Assembly: GCF_988243305.1 (NCBI RefSeq)
Contig: NZ_OZ547136.1
Length of the DNA stretch: 64,000 nt
Strand: one strand, 5' to 3'
The first letter of the stretch is position 1. The number at the start of each line of letters is the position of its first letter. Below, piece after piece: positions 51,264 to 63,189 of the stretch. The notes under the pieces are model-generated. The model saw only the letters and a list, made by a program, of their open reading frames with translations, was not told the DNA's origin and did no database searches. Position numbers and translations under genes: made by a program.

Positions 51264-53663
51264 TCAGATTTTCAGCGGTAACACACTGCTCATCCAGCCT
51301 GGAATTTCTTCGGCGGGTAGGGGGCGGGAAAAGAAATATCCCTGAATAACGCGACAGTGGATCTTGCGTAGCATCTCAAATTGCTCTTTGGTTTCGACGC
51401 CTTCCGCCACGACGGTTAAATTAAGGCTTTGCCCAATGCTGGTAATGGCTTCAAGTAAGGCAAGGATGCGTTTTTCGGTCAGACAACGATCGACAAAACT
51501 TTTGTCAATTTTGATTTCCGTTACTGGAAGACTGACTAAGCGGGATAATCCGGAAAAGCCCGTGCCAAAATCATCTACCGATAAACCCACGCCCATATCG
51601 CGCAGGATCTGAATGCGCTTAAAGATTTCGGTATCGTGTTCCATCATCATACTTTCCGTGATTTCCACCGTCAGCTGGTGGCCGTCAATACCCCAGGCGT
51701 GCATTGCATCAGACACCTGATTAGGCAGTTGATTACTGCGAAAGTGCAGCGCCGACAAGTTAACGGATAACGCCGGGATATGAATATTCTGGCTACGCCA
51801 TTCTGCTAACTGACGACAAGCTTCCGCGATGACCCAGCGTCCAATATTTTCGATTTCACCGATCTCTTCTGCGAGAGGAATAAACCGTGAAGGGGGCACA
51901 TGACCATGCAGGGGATCGTGCCAGCGAGCAAGGGCTTCGATGCCGTACAGTTCACCCGTTTCTGCGAAGATTTGTGGCTGGTAAACCAGTTTCAGTTGGT
52001 TATTGCTAATTGCTTCTTTCAGCGCTGCGCCTAAAACCAAACGCTCTTTTACCATTTCGTTCATCGCCGGGCTGAAGACCTGCCAGCCGTTACCGCCATT
52101 CTTGCGAATATAATCCATTGCATTGTGAGCAGTGGAGAGCAGGTAATCGCGGTTTTTACCCACGTCGTAGCTGATGCCAATGCTCAAGGTGAGCGGGAAT
52201 GGTTTATCGTCAATCATTATCGGCTTGCTGACCACATTCCGTAGCTCATCGGCGATTTGGGTTATGTTACTGACGTCGTTTTCCAGGCTCACCAGGACAA
52301 ACTGCGTACCTTCGATACGACAGAGATACTGATCCGGTTTGAGTTTTTCACGAAAGCGATTGACCACTTCCAGCAATGCCTGATCGGCCCACGCATAGCC
52401 AAGGCTATCAATCACATCCTGAATATGGTCAACACCGATGAGATACACCACCGGAGAGACGGCTTTGTCGACCAGGTCATCGAGGTAATTGTGCAGGTTA
52501 TTGCGATTTGGCAGACCGGTCATCGGATCAAATTGGATGAGTTGTTCAATATGCTGACGGCTTTTTTCCTGTTCCAGCGCCAGCGCGGCCATATGCTGGC
52601 TGATATCTGCCACGCGTTCGATAAAGGCGCTGGTTTCTGCTCCTGACGAGGTTTTAATTTGCAGGATCCCCGCAGGCGCACCATCACGCTGACGAATGGT
52701 CGCTGACCAGCTTTGCGCATTTTGAACTTCTGCACCGTGCGAAGATGACGCCCAGTGTATCGGCATCCCGTTGCGCAGCGCGAACAGCGAAACATGCGAT
52801 TCGTTGAGAACAGATTCGATGTTACGACAAATGATTTCCCCCATTTCATGAAATGGCGGGCTGCTGCACATGGCGGCGAGAATATTGCCTTCAAGTTGGC
52901 GGATTTGCCGTTCTTCGGTGATATCCGAGAAAGTCATTACCAGGTTCTGCAGATGCGCGAGCACATCATAGACCGGGCTGATAGAGGCTTTAATCCAGAT
53001 TTTTTCACCGGTGCGCGTCAACAGCAGAAATTCGTCCTGATCGCGGGCGGTTTTCCATAGCAACTGTTGTAAACGAATGCGGTTATCAGCAGGGAATTCT
53101 GGAATGTTAAGGAGTGAATCGGGCTGCATACCGCTGGCTTCGCTAATGCAGTAACCAAACATTTCGGTAAATGCGCGATTGCACTGCACAATATGGCGTT
53201 CCGGATCGAGGACAATCACCGGTCGGTCGAGATGGTCAACGGCAATAATCAATTGTCGGGTCTGTTCTTTTTGCGCCATTTCTACGCTGGCATCCCGTAC
53301 CAGCGCCAGGTAATAAATTTTACCCTCGGCGCTCACTTTCGATAGCGCAAAACGTGTCCAGATTTTACTGCCGTCTTTTTTCTCCAGCTGCAGCTCCCGA
53401 CTCATCCCCTCGACGCGCGCTTTACCGCCTTCACGGTTGTGACGGATGTATTCAGGATGCGCGGGACGCAAATCCCGCGGAATCAGCATATCAATGTTAT
53501 TGCCAATAACTTCTTCACGTTTGTACCCCCAGAGCTTCTCTGCGGCGGGGTTGAAAAACATCACTTCATCATTTTCGTTAATTAACACCGCGCCCATCAT
53601 ATTTTGCTCAAGGGCGGGGAAAAAAATGCCATCGGCGGCATTATCCGCATCGGTTAGCTTCAT
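51264..53663 (-). CDS. dosP: Oxygen-sensing c-di-GMP phosphodiesterase (heme PAS-GGDEF-EAL)
   Basis: 799 aa from MKLTDADNAADGIFF; EAL domain present; alternative ATG 8 codons upstream (53687) abuts dosC stop. Confidence 0.9.
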   Translation of the reverse strand: MKLTDADNAADGIFFPALEQNMMGAVLINENDEVMFFNPAAEKLWGYKREEVIGNNIDMLIPRDLRPAHPEYIRHNREGGKARVEGMSRELQLEKKDGSKIWTRFALSKVSAEGKIYYLALVRDASVEMAQKEQTRQLIIAVDHLDRPVIVLDPERHIVQCNRAFTEMFGYCISEASGMQPDSLLNIPEFPADNRIRLQQLLWKTARDQDEFLLLTRTGEKIWIKASISPVYDVLAHLQNLVMTFSDITEERQIRQLEGNILAAMCSSPPFHEMGEIICRNIESVLNESHVSLFALRNGMPIHWASSSHGAEVQNAQSWSATIRQRDGAPAGILQIKTSSGAETSAFIERVADISQHMAALALEQEKSRQHIEQLIQFDPMTGLPNRNNLHNYLDDLVDKAVSPVVYLIGVDHIQDVIDSLGYAWADQALLEVVNRFREKLKPDQYLCRIEGTQFVLVSLENDVSNITQIADELRNVVSKPIMIDDKPFPLTLSIGISYDVGKNRDYLLSTAHNAMDYIRKNGGNGWQVFSPAMNEMVKERLVLGAALKEAISNNQLKLVYQPQIFAETGELYGIEALARWHDPLHGHVPPSRFIPLAEEIGEIENIGRWVIAEACRQLAEWRSQNIHIPALSVNLSALHFRSNQLPNQVSDAMHAWGIDGHQLTVEITESMMMEHDTEIFKRIQILRDMGVGLSVDDFGTGFSGLSRLVSLPVTEIKIDKSFVDRCLTEKRILALLEAITSIGQSLNLTVVAEGVETKEQFEMLRKIHCRVIQGYFFSRPLPAEEIPGWMSSVLPLKI

Positions 53664-53687
53664 GATTACCTCTGCATCCTGGCGCAT

Positions 53688-55070
53688 CTAAAGACTGGCT
53701 TTCCAGAGTTCAACACGGTTTCTACCTCGTCTTTTGGCGATATACAGAGCTTCATCGGCTATTTGAATGAGGCGCTCATAGTCAGGATGACCATTAAACA
53801 TGGCGGCACCGATGGAAAGTGAGAGGGCAATATCTTCGCCGTTTGCGGCTTTCAGTTTGGTTTTCTCCACCCGACTGCGAATACGTTCTGCGGTACGTAA
53901 CGTTTCGTTTTCCGAAGCTTCAGTCAAAACAATGATAAATTCATCGCCCCCGTAGCGGAAAACATAATCACTACTGCGGACGTTGTCATAAAAGGCCTGA
54001 GAGACTTTACGCAGAATTTCATCGCCAGTGTTATGGCCCCACGTATCGTTAATCTCTTTGAATTTATCAACGTCAATAATCAGCACTGACAGCGGTGTAC
54101 CGGTCCGGTTGGCATGGGCAATTTCGCGTTTGAAGATCGTCGGCAGGAAACGGCGGTTAAGTAATTTCGTCAGTACATCCATACCGACTTCGTGGCGCGA
54201 TACTTCTTCAAACAATTCACGCAACAAGGTAATAATTTGCGATACGGTATTTCTTATCTGTAATAAAAATTTCACCCGTAAACTTCTGTTATTCAAATTC
54301 CTGGTGTTACGCATGGTTTGATTGAAAATACCGTCAAAATCCTGAATCAGACGGGAGATATGGCCCACTTCGGCTATGCCGCTAAAATAATGTCGACCTT
54401 TATGGTTAAACCACAGGCCAAAATCAGCCTGGCTTAAAGGCAAACTACTGCCTAAATCAGAATCCAGCAGGACTTTATAGATAATATCTATTTCCCATGA
54501 AAGTAATGAGGCTATTTGCCGTTCTTTTTCTTCTTCGGCGTTTTCCAGTAACGAGAAGATACGATAGTTTTCATCTTCCTTTGAGGCACTACTGTCACTA
54601 AAGGTAAACGCGCGGGTCATCACTTCCATAGCGATATCAATACTGTTAATAGAGAAATGGTAGACCTGAAGTTTTTCTGCGGCGGAATAATCCGAAGAGA
54701 AGATGACTGGATAGAGGATTTTTTTCAGCACCCGAAACCCCATCTCGACAATTTCTACCGGAATTCCTATGCGGGCATGCACTTCCGCGACGGTATGCTG
54801 GATTTGTATTAGCCTTTCGACATCGTCAACCTGGGCAGAAAGCACGTTAATAATCCAGCGTTCCATCGCACTTTTCAACTGCCGCTCAACTTGTTCATTA
54901 CTCAAGAATTCTTCGGCATGCGGGTCGATACGGACAATTCGGTAAAACTCAATACTCAGATAATGGGCATGCGCAACGGCAATTTCCGCGGCTTTAGCAC
55001 GAATGAGCGGATCTGCTTGTTCGACAAGCCCGGTCCACTCATCTTTCATTCTTTTAAAATACATCTCCAT
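53688..55070 (-). CDS. dosC: Oxygen-sensing diguanylate cyclase (globin-coupled sensor)
   Basis: 460 aa; N-terminal globin sensor, C-terminal GGDEF (RYGGDEF). Confidence 0.9.
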   Translation of the reverse strand: MEMYFKRMKDEWTGLVEQADPLIRAKAAEIAVAHAHYLSIEFYRIVRIDPHAEEFLSNEQVERQLKSAMERWIINVLSAQVDDVERLIQIQHTVAEVHARIGIPVEIVEMGFRVLKKILYPVIFSSDYSAAEKLQVYHFSINSIDIAMEVMTRAFTFSDSSASKEDENYRIFSLLENAEEEKERQIASLLSWEIDIIYKVLLDSDLGSSLPLSQADFGLWFNHKGRHYFSGIAEVGHISRLIQDFDGIFNQTMRNTRNLNNRSLRVKFLLQIRNTVSQIITLLRELFEEVSRHEVGMDVLTKLLNRRFLPTIFKREIAHANRTGTPLSVLIIDVDKFKEINDTWGHNTGDEILRKVSQAFYDNVRSSDYVFRYGGDEFIIVLTEASENETLRTAERIRSRVEKTKLKAANGEDIALSLSIGAAMFNGHPDYERLIQIADEALYIAKRRGRNRVELWKASL

Positions 55071-55446
55071 AATTCACACCCTTATAAGGCTGGGAAAGCA
55101 GACGGAATCAAAACGAAACGCAACGTGCGAGATCGACTAACTGCACCATATTCTCCTGAAATATGAAGATATACTGAAAACAAATAAGCGACTTAGGACA
55201 GTTTCAATCTACGCTACTGTTCTTCAGAAGAGTATAGCCCATCGTAATTATTTTTCGGTGACAGCGAATATCGTATGTTTTTTCATGTTCATACATTTTT
55301 ATTAGGGGATTTATGACTGTTTAACTAAGTGTGGTTAATTGCGTAGTTAATTTGACTTAAGTAAGCATGATTACTAGTGGGATATTTCAAGAGGGTAGCA
55401 AGCCGGTGGGTAAACCACCGGCTTGTCACAAAGTATGAATGGGAGT

Positions 55447-56766
55447 TTAACTTCCCCAACGACTTTGCAGATAGCTAACCGCTTGTTGAGTCTGCGGTTT
55501 ATTCAGATAGTCCTCACGGAACAAGATTGTGCCGCTAATTTCTGGCACGGCATCGTTAAGATCGAGCTGTTTTTTCAGTTCCGGTACGCCGCCGTTAATC
55601 ATCCAGTCTGGCTCTATCTTTGAAGGTTCACCCACTTTATAGAAGGCGATACCGATATACAGGCGGGTCCTGGTCGGTTTAACGACATCTGCCCACCATT
55701 TTGCCAAAACGTCATAACGTGCGGCACTCCGTGAGAACGGCCAGTAAATTTGGGGAGCAATGTAATCCAGCAATCCTTGTTCCACCCATCGACGGGTGTC
55801 AGCGTAGGATTCGTCATAGGCTGCCGCGCCTCGGGTATCGGAACCGAGCGGATCGTGTGATCGGTTACGCCACACGCCTGCCGGGCTAACGCCAAATTCG
55901 ACTTCCGGCTTAATGCTTTTAATGGTGTGCGATACCTTCGCAATTAACTGCTGAGTATTGTTGCGCCGCCAGTTTGCTTTTGACGCAAATGCGCCTCCGT
56001 ATTTGCGGTACGTTTCGTTATCATTTAGCCGTGAACCCGGTGACTCAGTATAGAAATAGTCGTCAAACTGCACGCCATCTACCGGATAGCGGGAAACCAC
56101 TTCCGCGACTATTGATGTGATCCAGTCCTGAACTTCAGGGATGCCCGGGTCGAGGACAAAGCGATCGCCGGACGTTCTGATCCAGTCGCGGTGTTGCACA
56201 TAGACACTCGCTGGTTGTTGAGACAGAGTGCTATTCAGTTCCCTGATAGTACCGGGCTTCGTATTAACCGATACGCGATAGGGGTTAAACCAGGCGTGTA
56301 CTTTCATCCCACGCTTGTGGGCTTCGTCGAGCATGAATTGCAGCGGATCGTAACCCGGATTTTCACCAATCTTACCGGTCATAAGATCGGACCACGGCAA
56401 AATTTTCGATGGCCACAGGGCGGTACCGTCTGGCTTGACCTGGAAAAAGACCGTGTTTATGCCGAGACGTTGCAGATGATCCAGTTTGTCGATCATCGCC
56501 TGTTGTTGTACACGGGCCCGGCTGGTGGGGTTACTAATGTTAACCGAGGAAACCGGTGGCCAGTCGAGGCGAGACACCGTGGCCAGCCAGATGCCACGCA
56601 TCGGTTGTGACGATTGTTGCGTCGTGGCTGGTGGCTTTGAACCCGCTGGTGGTGTCACCATGGACTCTGGAGGCGTGCTTTTACAACTACACAGTAAAAG
56701 TGCCAGTGCAACCAGTATCGCTGGTCTTCTAATCGCTAATTTCTCGTTTCGGGAGCAGATATCCAT
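55447..56766 (-). CDS. yddW: Glycoside hydrolase-like lipoprotein
   Basis: 439 aa; lipobox LLCSC near N-terminus; GH-like TIM-barrel pattern; position as in K-12. Confidence 0.85.
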   Translation of the reverse strand: MDICSRNEKLAIRRPAILVALALLLCSCKSTPPESMVTPPAGSKPPATTQQSSQPMRGIWLATVSRLDWPPVSSVNISNPTSRARVQQQAMIDKLDHLQRLGINTVFFQVKPDGTALWPSKILPWSDLMTGKIGENPGYDPLQFMLDEAHKRGMKVHAWFNPYRVSVNTKPGTIRELNSTLSQQPASVYVQHRDWIRTSGDRFVLDPGIPEVQDWITSIVAEVVSRYPVDGVQFDDYFYTESPGSRLNDNETYRKYGGAFASKANWRRNNTQQLIAKVSHTIKSIKPEVEFGVSPAGVWRNRSHDPLGSDTRGAAAYDESYADTRRWVEQGLLDYIAPQIYWPFSRSAARYDVLAKWWADVVKPTRTRLYIGIAFYKVGEPSKIEPDWMINGGVPELKKQLDLNDAVPEISGTILFREDYLNKPQTQQAVSYLQSRWGS

Positions 56767-56896
56767 ATGTGCTGGTTTCCGGTAAACAGATGTGCGCTCA
56801 TTCTCGTACTTATCCCGGTTAAGTCAATACGACAGCAAGCACGAAAAAGGGAGCGATGAATTATCGCTCCCTTATCTTATAACCATTCAGACATGG

Positions 56897-58432
56897 TTAG
56901 TGTTTCTTGTCATTCATCACAATATAGTGTGGTGAACGTGCACGCGGGTGCAGGAAGAAGTGACCTTTTGGTGCGTTCTGACTGTTGATTGGCTCCAGAG
57001 TGACGCCGGTATTCCCTTTGCCTTTACGATCATGAACAGCATAGAGAATAAAGGGCAGGGCAAGTACCACCAGGAAACTCACGACCAGTAATTCAACATA
57101 CATATCAGTAGAGTCACCCTGGATGTTATCCGGCGGCAGGAAGGAAACAATAAACGCCATAATTGAAGTCAGCAGACCGACAACAGCCACGACCAGTTTC
57201 ACCCCTTTACCACCAGGGATATTAAATGTGCGTTTTAAGTCAGGATGTTTAAGAACCAACACAATGTAGCCAATAAACAGCATGAAATAAGCACACAGAT
57301 AAATCACCACCGTCAGCGCCAGTGCGATCAGGAAGGACATGTTGTTACCGCCACCGGTATTGGTGAGGATGATCAACGCGATAGAAGTAATCACCAGCTG
57401 CGAAATGACCAGCGTTACCGGTACGCCATTTTTGTTCATTTTAGCGAATGCCGCTGGCAGCAGGTTTTTCTGCGCTGTGACATACATCCCGCGAGAAGGA
57501 CCAACAATCCAGGAGGCGATTTCCGCCAGAACACCCAGTAACAGCAGTGCGGAGATCACGCGAACCGTCCACTCAATTTCCGGTGCCACATGGGACATCA
57601 GAACGGTAAAGGTTTGCATTACCCCAGCGGAGAGGTTGATTTCATTACCCGGAATGACCATCGCAATAGACAAACCGCCAACAGAGCTTAAGCAGATTGC
57701 CGCCACCATCAGCAGTAACATAGCCAGTGGATAGTCGCGCCCGGGGTTGCTCATTTCATTGACGTGGGTTGCGGAAGCTTCAACGCCCATATAACTCAAA
57801 ATGAAGGCAACAAATACAACCAGGGTGCCCACTTTAGAGAAGTCTGGGAAGAAGGTCTTCGCATCCATTTCGATAGCAACGGGGGCACCGGAATGCAGAT
57901 AAATAGCCGCTAATGCGATCAAAATAAATGCAGGTAACAGGATACCGGCGAAGAAGCCAACTTTAGCAATTCGCGCCGTGTATTTCGTGCCACCAAACTG
58001 CGTTAATGCCAGCGCCCAAAGAATGATGAGTGCTGCAATAGTTTTGGTAATAGGGTCTTCATTCAGCGCTGGCCATTTCAGGATGTAGGAGAGTGCCCCT
58101 AACACGAAATAGAGCATCGGAATAAAACCAATGGCGATTTGCAGATAGCCAAATGAGATCGCTGCAAATCCCCATCTCGGCCCCAGAGTATTTGATACCC
58201 AGGCGAAGACACCACCTTCTTCCCAGCCGTCGACGGTGGCCATTTCCGCAGCACAAAGTCCCACGGGAATAAACCATAAAATCCCGCCTAATAGCAGGAA
58301 GAAGACTAATGAAAAGCCCGATGTTGCGAAGGTAGGGTATTCATAAACAGCCATTACCATCGATGCCGTTATGGCAAAAAATCCGAGTAATGTGAGCTGC
58401 TTAGCTTTACCTGTCTGTACTGATGTAGCCAT
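56897..58432 (-). CDS. gadC: Glutamate:GABA antiporter
   Basis: 511 aa APC-family transporter downstream of gadB. Confidence 0.9.
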   Translation of the reverse strand: MATSVQTGKAKQLTLLGFFAITASMVMAVYEYPTFATSGFSLVFFLLLGGILWFIPVGLCAAEMATVDGWEEGGVFAWVSNTLGPRWGFAAISFGYLQIAIGFIPMLYFVLGALSYILKWPALNEDPITKTIAALIILWALALTQFGGTKYTARIAKVGFFAGILLPAFILIALAAIYLHSGAPVAIEMDAKTFFPDFSKVGTLVVFVAFILSYMGVEASATHVNEMSNPGRDYPLAMLLLMVAAICLSSVGGLSIAMVIPGNEINLSAGVMQTFTVLMSHVAPEIEWTVRVISALLLLGVLAEIASWIVGPSRGMYVTAQKNLLPAAFAKMNKNGVPVTLVISQLVITSIALIILTNTGGGNNMSFLIALALTVVIYLCAYFMLFIGYIVLVLKHPDLKRTFNIPGGKGVKLVVAVVGLLTSIMAFIVSFLPPDNIQGDSTDMYVELLVVSFLVVLALPFILYAVHDRKGKGNTGVTLEPINSQNAPKGHFFLHPRARSPHYIVMNDKKH

Positions 58433-58587
58433 ATTATCCCCCTAAAACGGTATTCCTGTCGGAACCGCACCTGTTTTGTTCTGAAGCGTATTCAGAACAA
58501 TATTTTCCGTTGCTAATGCCAGTGAACAGACTTTGGAAATTGTCCCGAAACGGGTTCGTTTCGGGACACCGTTACCGTTAAACGTTA

Positions 58588-59988
58588 TCAGGTATGTTTA
58601 AAGCTGTTCTGCTGGGCAATACCCTGCAGTTTCGGGTGATCGCTGAGATATTTCAGGGAGGCTTTGTAGTCTTCCAGCAACAGTTCAGCAAAGTCCATTT
58701 CGAAGCCGCGACGACACATAATGCGCATCACCACGATGTCGGTGGCTTCACCGCCGAGAGTGAAGGCCGGAACCTGCCAGCCGCGCAGACGCAGACGTTC
58801 AGAGAGGTCGTACAGGGTGTATCCCGGATCTTCACCATCTTTCAGTTTGAAGCAAACCGCCGGGATGCCTTCGTCCGGGCGACCGGTACAGATGAACTCA
58901 TACGGCCCCAGTTTGGCGATTTCATCCGCCAGATAAGCGGCAACCTGGTAAGAGGCGTTCTGTACTTTGGTATAGCCTTCACGACCGAGGCGCAGGAATT
59001 CATAGTACTGTGCAATTACCTGACCCGCCGGGCGGGAGAAGTTGATGGCGAAAGTCCCAATCTGACCACCGAGGTAGTCAACGTTGAACACCAGTTCCTG
59101 CGGCAGCGCTTCTTCATCACGCCAGATAACCCAGCCGCAGCCCAGCGGAGCCAGACCGAATTTATGGCCTGAAGCACTGATCGATTTCACACGCGGCAGG
59201 CGGAAGTCCCAGACGATATCCGGGGCGACGAACGGTGCCAGGAAGCCACCGCTGGCGGCGTCGATGTGCATGTCGATGTCGATACCGGTGTCGGCCTGGA
59301 ATTTATCCAGCGCATCGTGCAGCGGTTGCGGGAACTCATAGTTACCGGTGTAGGTCACGCCGAAAGTCGGCACCACGCCGATGGTGTTTTCGTCGCAGGC
59401 TTCAATCATGCGTTTCGGGTCCATAAACAACTGACCGGGGCGCATAGGGATCTCACGCAGCTCCACATCCCAGTAGCGGGCGAATTTATGCCAGCAGATT
59501 TGCACCGGACCGCACACCAGGTTTGGTTTATCCGTTGGTTTGCCTGCAGCTTCCATACGCTTGCGCCAACGCCATTTCATCGCCATCCCGCCGAGCATGC
59601 AGGCCTCGGAAGAACCAATGGTGTTGGTGCCAACGGCCTGACCATTTTTCGGCGCAGGCGCATGCCACAGATCGGCAACCATATTTACGCAACGCAGGTC
59701 GATTGCTGCAGATTGCGGATATTCTTCTTTGTCGATCCAGTTTTTGTTAATGGATAAATCCATCAACTTGTGGACATTTTCGTCGTCCCAGGTCTGGCAG
59801 AAAGTGGCCAGGTTCTGACGAGCGTTGCCATCAAGATATAATTCGTCATTGATAATCTGGAATGCGACATCATCGCGCATTTCGTGCAGCGGAAATCGTT
59901 TTGATTCTGCGATAGTGGAAATAGACTTCGCACCAAAACGTGAATCGAGTAGTTCCGACCTTAAATCCGTTACTTGCTTCTTATCCAT
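58588..59988 (-). CDS. gadB: Glutamate decarboxylase beta
   Basis: 466 aa from [28 protein letters not shown]; PLP-binding region ([10 protein letters not shown]); ORF track has a 23-codon extension. Confidence 0.9.
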   Translation of the reverse strand: MDKKQVTDLRSELLDSRFGAKSISTIAESKRFPLHEMRDDVAFQIINDELYLDGNARQNLATFCQTWDDENVHKLMDLSINKNWIDKEEYPQSAAIDLRCVNMVADLWHAPAPKNGQAVGTNTIGSSEACMLGGMAMKWRWRKRMEAAGKPTDKPNLVCGPVQICWHKFARYWDVELREIPMRPGQLFMDPKRMIEACDENTIGVVPTFGVTYTGNYEFPQPLHDALDKFQADTGIDIDMHIDAASGGFLAPFVAPDIVWDFRLPRVKSISASGHKFGLAPLGCGWVIWRDEEALPQELVFNVDYLGGQIGTFAINFSRPAGQVIAQYYEFLRLGREGYTKVQNASYQVAAYLADEIAKLGPYEFICTGRPDEGIPAVCFKLKDGEDPGYTLYDLSERLRLRGWQVPAFTLGGEATDIVVMRIMCRRGFEMDFAELLLEDYKASLKYLSDHPKLQGIAQQNSFKHT

Positions 59989-60067
59989 TTTAAACTCCTT
60001 AAAATGATTGGATCGCATTAAAAAAGTAGGATTTATCGATAAAGTAAGCAAGTGCAAAGGACTCGTG

Positions 60068-60087
60068 TTTAAATAACAAAATCCTAA
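60068..60087 (-). promoter_or_regulatory. GAD box (GadE binding site) upstream of gadB
   Basis: Reverse complement reads TTAGGATTTTGTTATTTAAA, the 20-bp gad box consensus, ~80 nt upstream of the gadB ATG. Confidence 0.7.
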
Positions 60088-60349
60088 TGTTATTTATCGT
60101 GAGATATTATGCGAATAATATTTTATCATTGAAAATCAATACATTATTGAATTCTTGGGTGGTGGCAAGGTGTTTTATGCTGTTATTTTTATGCACTTTC
60201 TACGCCTCCTGAATTATCACGTAAAAATCAGACCTTAAAATATCACTATTAGTACTTGGTTATTATTTTGAACGCATTTATAAAATTATTACATAAAAAT
60301 AGCGAATATTGATAAAATCCCCGCCAACGATGTGTTGACGGGGCTGTTA

Positions 60350-63133
60350 TTATTTTGGCAATAATACTCCGGTATAAGTATTTACCGGATGAGAAAGATA
60401 TTGTTTAACGGTAGTGTTAACATTCTCTACCGTCATTTGTTTCAACAATTGCTCCTGCTCAGTCCATGCTGCAGGATCGTCATATTGAATAAGACTATTT
60501 ACAATGGTGTTCGCTAATTGTTGAACGCTACGCTGTTGGATATCGAGGCTGCGCTGAACGTTTTGCTGGTATTCGTTCAGTTCTTGCTCACTGATCCCTT
60601 TAGCCAGACGTTTAACCATCACTTCATTCGCTAACGTTAACAGTTCATCATGTCGTTCCGGTTGACAAGTAAAAGCCAGCAAATGACTGATATCTTTGGC
60701 CTGAGGATCAACCGAGAGGCGAGAAGAAACGCTGTATGCTCCAGATGCCTGTTCACGAATATTAACGCGTAGATCTTTTGCCAGTGCGACGTTAAAAGCA
60801 TCGAGCGCCATACGCGTCTCCAGATTTACAGGTGTCCGGGAATCATAACGCTTCCACTGTGAAACCTGTGCCACAGGTTCATTTTGTTCTTTTACAGCAA
60901 CCGATGCGTTGTCCGTCGCGCGAGTTAATGGTTTACCTGCGGCTAATGGCGAATCAGAGTGTTTGATTGATCCTAAGTAACGCGTAATTAACGGCAGGAG
61001 TTTGTCTTCTGCGACATTACCGACAATGACAAACGTGATATCCGCTGGAGATGAAAACAACTGGCGATCGGCAGCCAGCGCATCTGCGGCAGTAAACTGT
61101 GCAATCTGATTTTCTTGCAGTAATTTCGTGCGGTCATCAGCATAGCGCGTCTCATACATCTGCTGGGCGAATTTCTCCGCTGGACGCTGGTCGAGCGTTT
61201 TCAACGCCTGAATTTGAGCATTTTGTAGCGATGCCCAAATATTATCGTTAATCGTGCTGTGGGTGATTCGCTGGTTAATCAACTGGAAACCAGGTTCAGG
61301 GTTATTAGTCCGCGTGCTAACAGAGAGCAATGTATTCATGCCACTGACTTTACTGCTCATGGTTACCGAGTTTTCCGCACTCCAGCGTTTCAGGCTGGAA
61401 GAGGAGAGTTCACCAACGCCGCTTCCGCTTACTGCTTTATTTGCCAGCGCGATAAGTGATTTTTGCTGCGCAGGGAAACTTAAATCGCCTTTATTAGATA
61501 CGGCAGTAATTTGTAGTTTTTGCTCTTCACCCGCGGATTTTGCCAGAATAACCCTGGCACCATTGGAAAGTGTTAATGATGTCAGATTCTCAGCCAGCGT
61601 TTCTTTGCTGCTAATTTCCGCCTGTGTGTCAGCGTCTACTGTTAACGATAAATTTCTGCCTGGGAAGCTGTAAGCCGCCAGCTTTTTGTTGGCGTACTCT
61701 TTTTCCAGCGCCAGGATAGCCGCAGGAGACAATGCGTTTTTGGCAGCAACCTCATTGTTTACCATTTGCTCCCAAAATGCATCCTGGTTCTTTCTTAACT
61801 GCTGCCATTTTTCCGCCAGACTTTGCACGGTAATTTGCTGCCACAGACGTTTCGAAAGTTGATATGTCTCTTCCGGCGACAAGAACGGCGTATTATTTAA
61901 TGAGCTGGATGCCAGGCGACTGGTCAGCATACGTAAATCACGTTCAGCTTGCTGATCAACCGCATTTTTCAGCCAGGTGAGGCGGGTAGATTTGACATCA
62001 TCGAGTTCTTCAGCAGAAAAACCATGCTGATCAATAGTTACCAACTCTGCCATTAATGCATTCGCAGCATCCTGCATATTATCGTCTCGTGCATTTACAC
62101 GGAAAAACAGCGACTGATAATCGGGTGCAATTTTAACGCTGCGCGCAGTGCCGCCAGAAATAGTCTTCAACTCGCCCGACTGTATGCGTTCCTGCAGACG
62201 CTGATTGAACAGCTGAACCAACATGCTCCATTCAGCTTGTTCGATAAAGCTTTGCTCATCGCTCACTTGCACCATTGGCAGGCGATAATAGAGTGCGATG
62301 CCGTTCACCCGGTTTTCTTTATCATTAATGATATTAAAGCGCAGGTGGTTTTCGGCTTTTGTCGGCCAGACGCGATTTTCAGCTGCTTTGTTAGCCGGAA
62401 GCTTACTTAAATTGTCCTTTATCAGCGCCAGCGCTTCTTTACTATCGATATCGCCGACCACGATAAAGGTCATATTATTTGGTTGATACCAGCGTTGATA
62501 AAATTGGCGCAATTGTGCCGGTGTGACCGTAGCGACAGTATCCATCAGGCCGATAGGTTCACGGTCTAAATTACGGGTATTAGCCAGCAGGAAAGGGCGG
62601 CGCGCCTGAGAGGTGCGCCATTTCGCATCCTGATGGGCACGCCATTCCTCAGTAATTACGCCGCGTTCAGCGTCTACTTCGAGTTTTTCAAAGGTTGCGG
62701 CATTACTCCATTCACTGAAGATTGCCATCACTTGTTGCAGATTTTGTTTCTGCGTAGTCGGCAAACTCACCTGATACACCGTTTCGTCATAGCTGGTATA
62801 GGCATTAACATCGCGACCAAAGCGCAGACCCATCGACTCAAATGTTTCGATGACTTTATTACCCGGCCATGTTTTTGTGCCGTTAAACATCATATGTTCT
62901 ACAAAATGAGCCACGCCGCGCTCATTGTCTCCTTCCTGCAATGAACCCGTATGAATTTGCAGCCATAAATTTACCTGATCCTTTGGTTGAGCATGCGGAT
63001 AAATCATATATCGCAAGCCATTGTCCAGTTGCCCGGTAATTAACTTTTCATCCTGCGGTAAGGCGGCGGCAATCAGTCGCCCGGGGAGCAACAGAGTTGC
63101 CACTAACGTCAGTAAGAAACAGAGGTTTCTCAT
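60350..63133 (-). CDS. pqqL: Periplasmic M16-family zinc peptidase (pitrilysin-like)
   Basis: 927 aa from MRNLCFLLTLVATLLLPGRLIAA; HFVEH inverted zinc-binding motif; ORF track extends 9 codons upstream. Confidence 0.9.
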   Translation of the reverse strand: MRNLCFLLTLVATLLLPGRLIAAALPQDEKLITGQLDNGLRYMIYPHAQPKDQVNLWLQIHTGSLQEGDNERGVAHFVEHMMFNGTKTWPGNKVIETFESMGLRFGRDVNAYTSYDETVYQVSLPTTQKQNLQQVMAIFSEWSNAATFEKLEVDAERGVITEEWRAHQDAKWRTSQARRPFLLANTRNLDREPIGLMDTVATVTPAQLRQFYQRWYQPNNMTFIVVGDIDSKEALALIKDNLSKLPANKAAENRVWPTKAENHLRFNIINDKENRVNGIALYYRLPMVQVSDEQSFIEQAEWSMLVQLFNQRLQERIQSGELKTISGGTARSVKIAPDYQSLFFRVNARDDNMQDAANALMAELVTIDQHGFSAEELDDVKSTRLTWLKNAVDQQAERDLRMLTSRLASSSLNNTPFLSPEETYQLSKRLWQQITVQSLAEKWQQLRKNQDAFWEQMVNNEVAAKNALSPAAILALEKEYANKKLAAYSFPGRNLSLTVDADTQAEISSKETLAENLTSLTLSNGARVILAKSAGEEQKLQITAVSNKGDLSFPAQQKSLIALANKAVSGSGVGELSSSSLKRWSAENSVTMSSKVSGMNTLLSVSTRTNNPEPGFQLINQRITHSTINDNIWASLQNAQIQALKTLDQRPAEKFAQQMYETRYADDRTKLLQENQIAQFTAADALAADRQLFSSPADITFVIVGNVAEDKLLPLITRYLGSIKHSDSPLAAGKPLTRATDNASVAVKEQNEPVAQVSQWKRYDSRTPVNLETRMALDAFNVALAKDLRVNIREQASGAYSVSSRLSVDPQAKDISHLLAFTCQPERHDELLTLANEVMVKRLAKGISEQELNEYQQNVQRSLDIQQRSVQQLANTIVNSLIQYDDPAAWTEQEQLLKQMTVENVNTTVKQYLSHPVNTYTGVLLPK

Positions 63134-63189
63134 AATTATCTCCATGCGAAAACCGGGCAAATTTACCCGGTTAAGTAAAATCCGAACTA

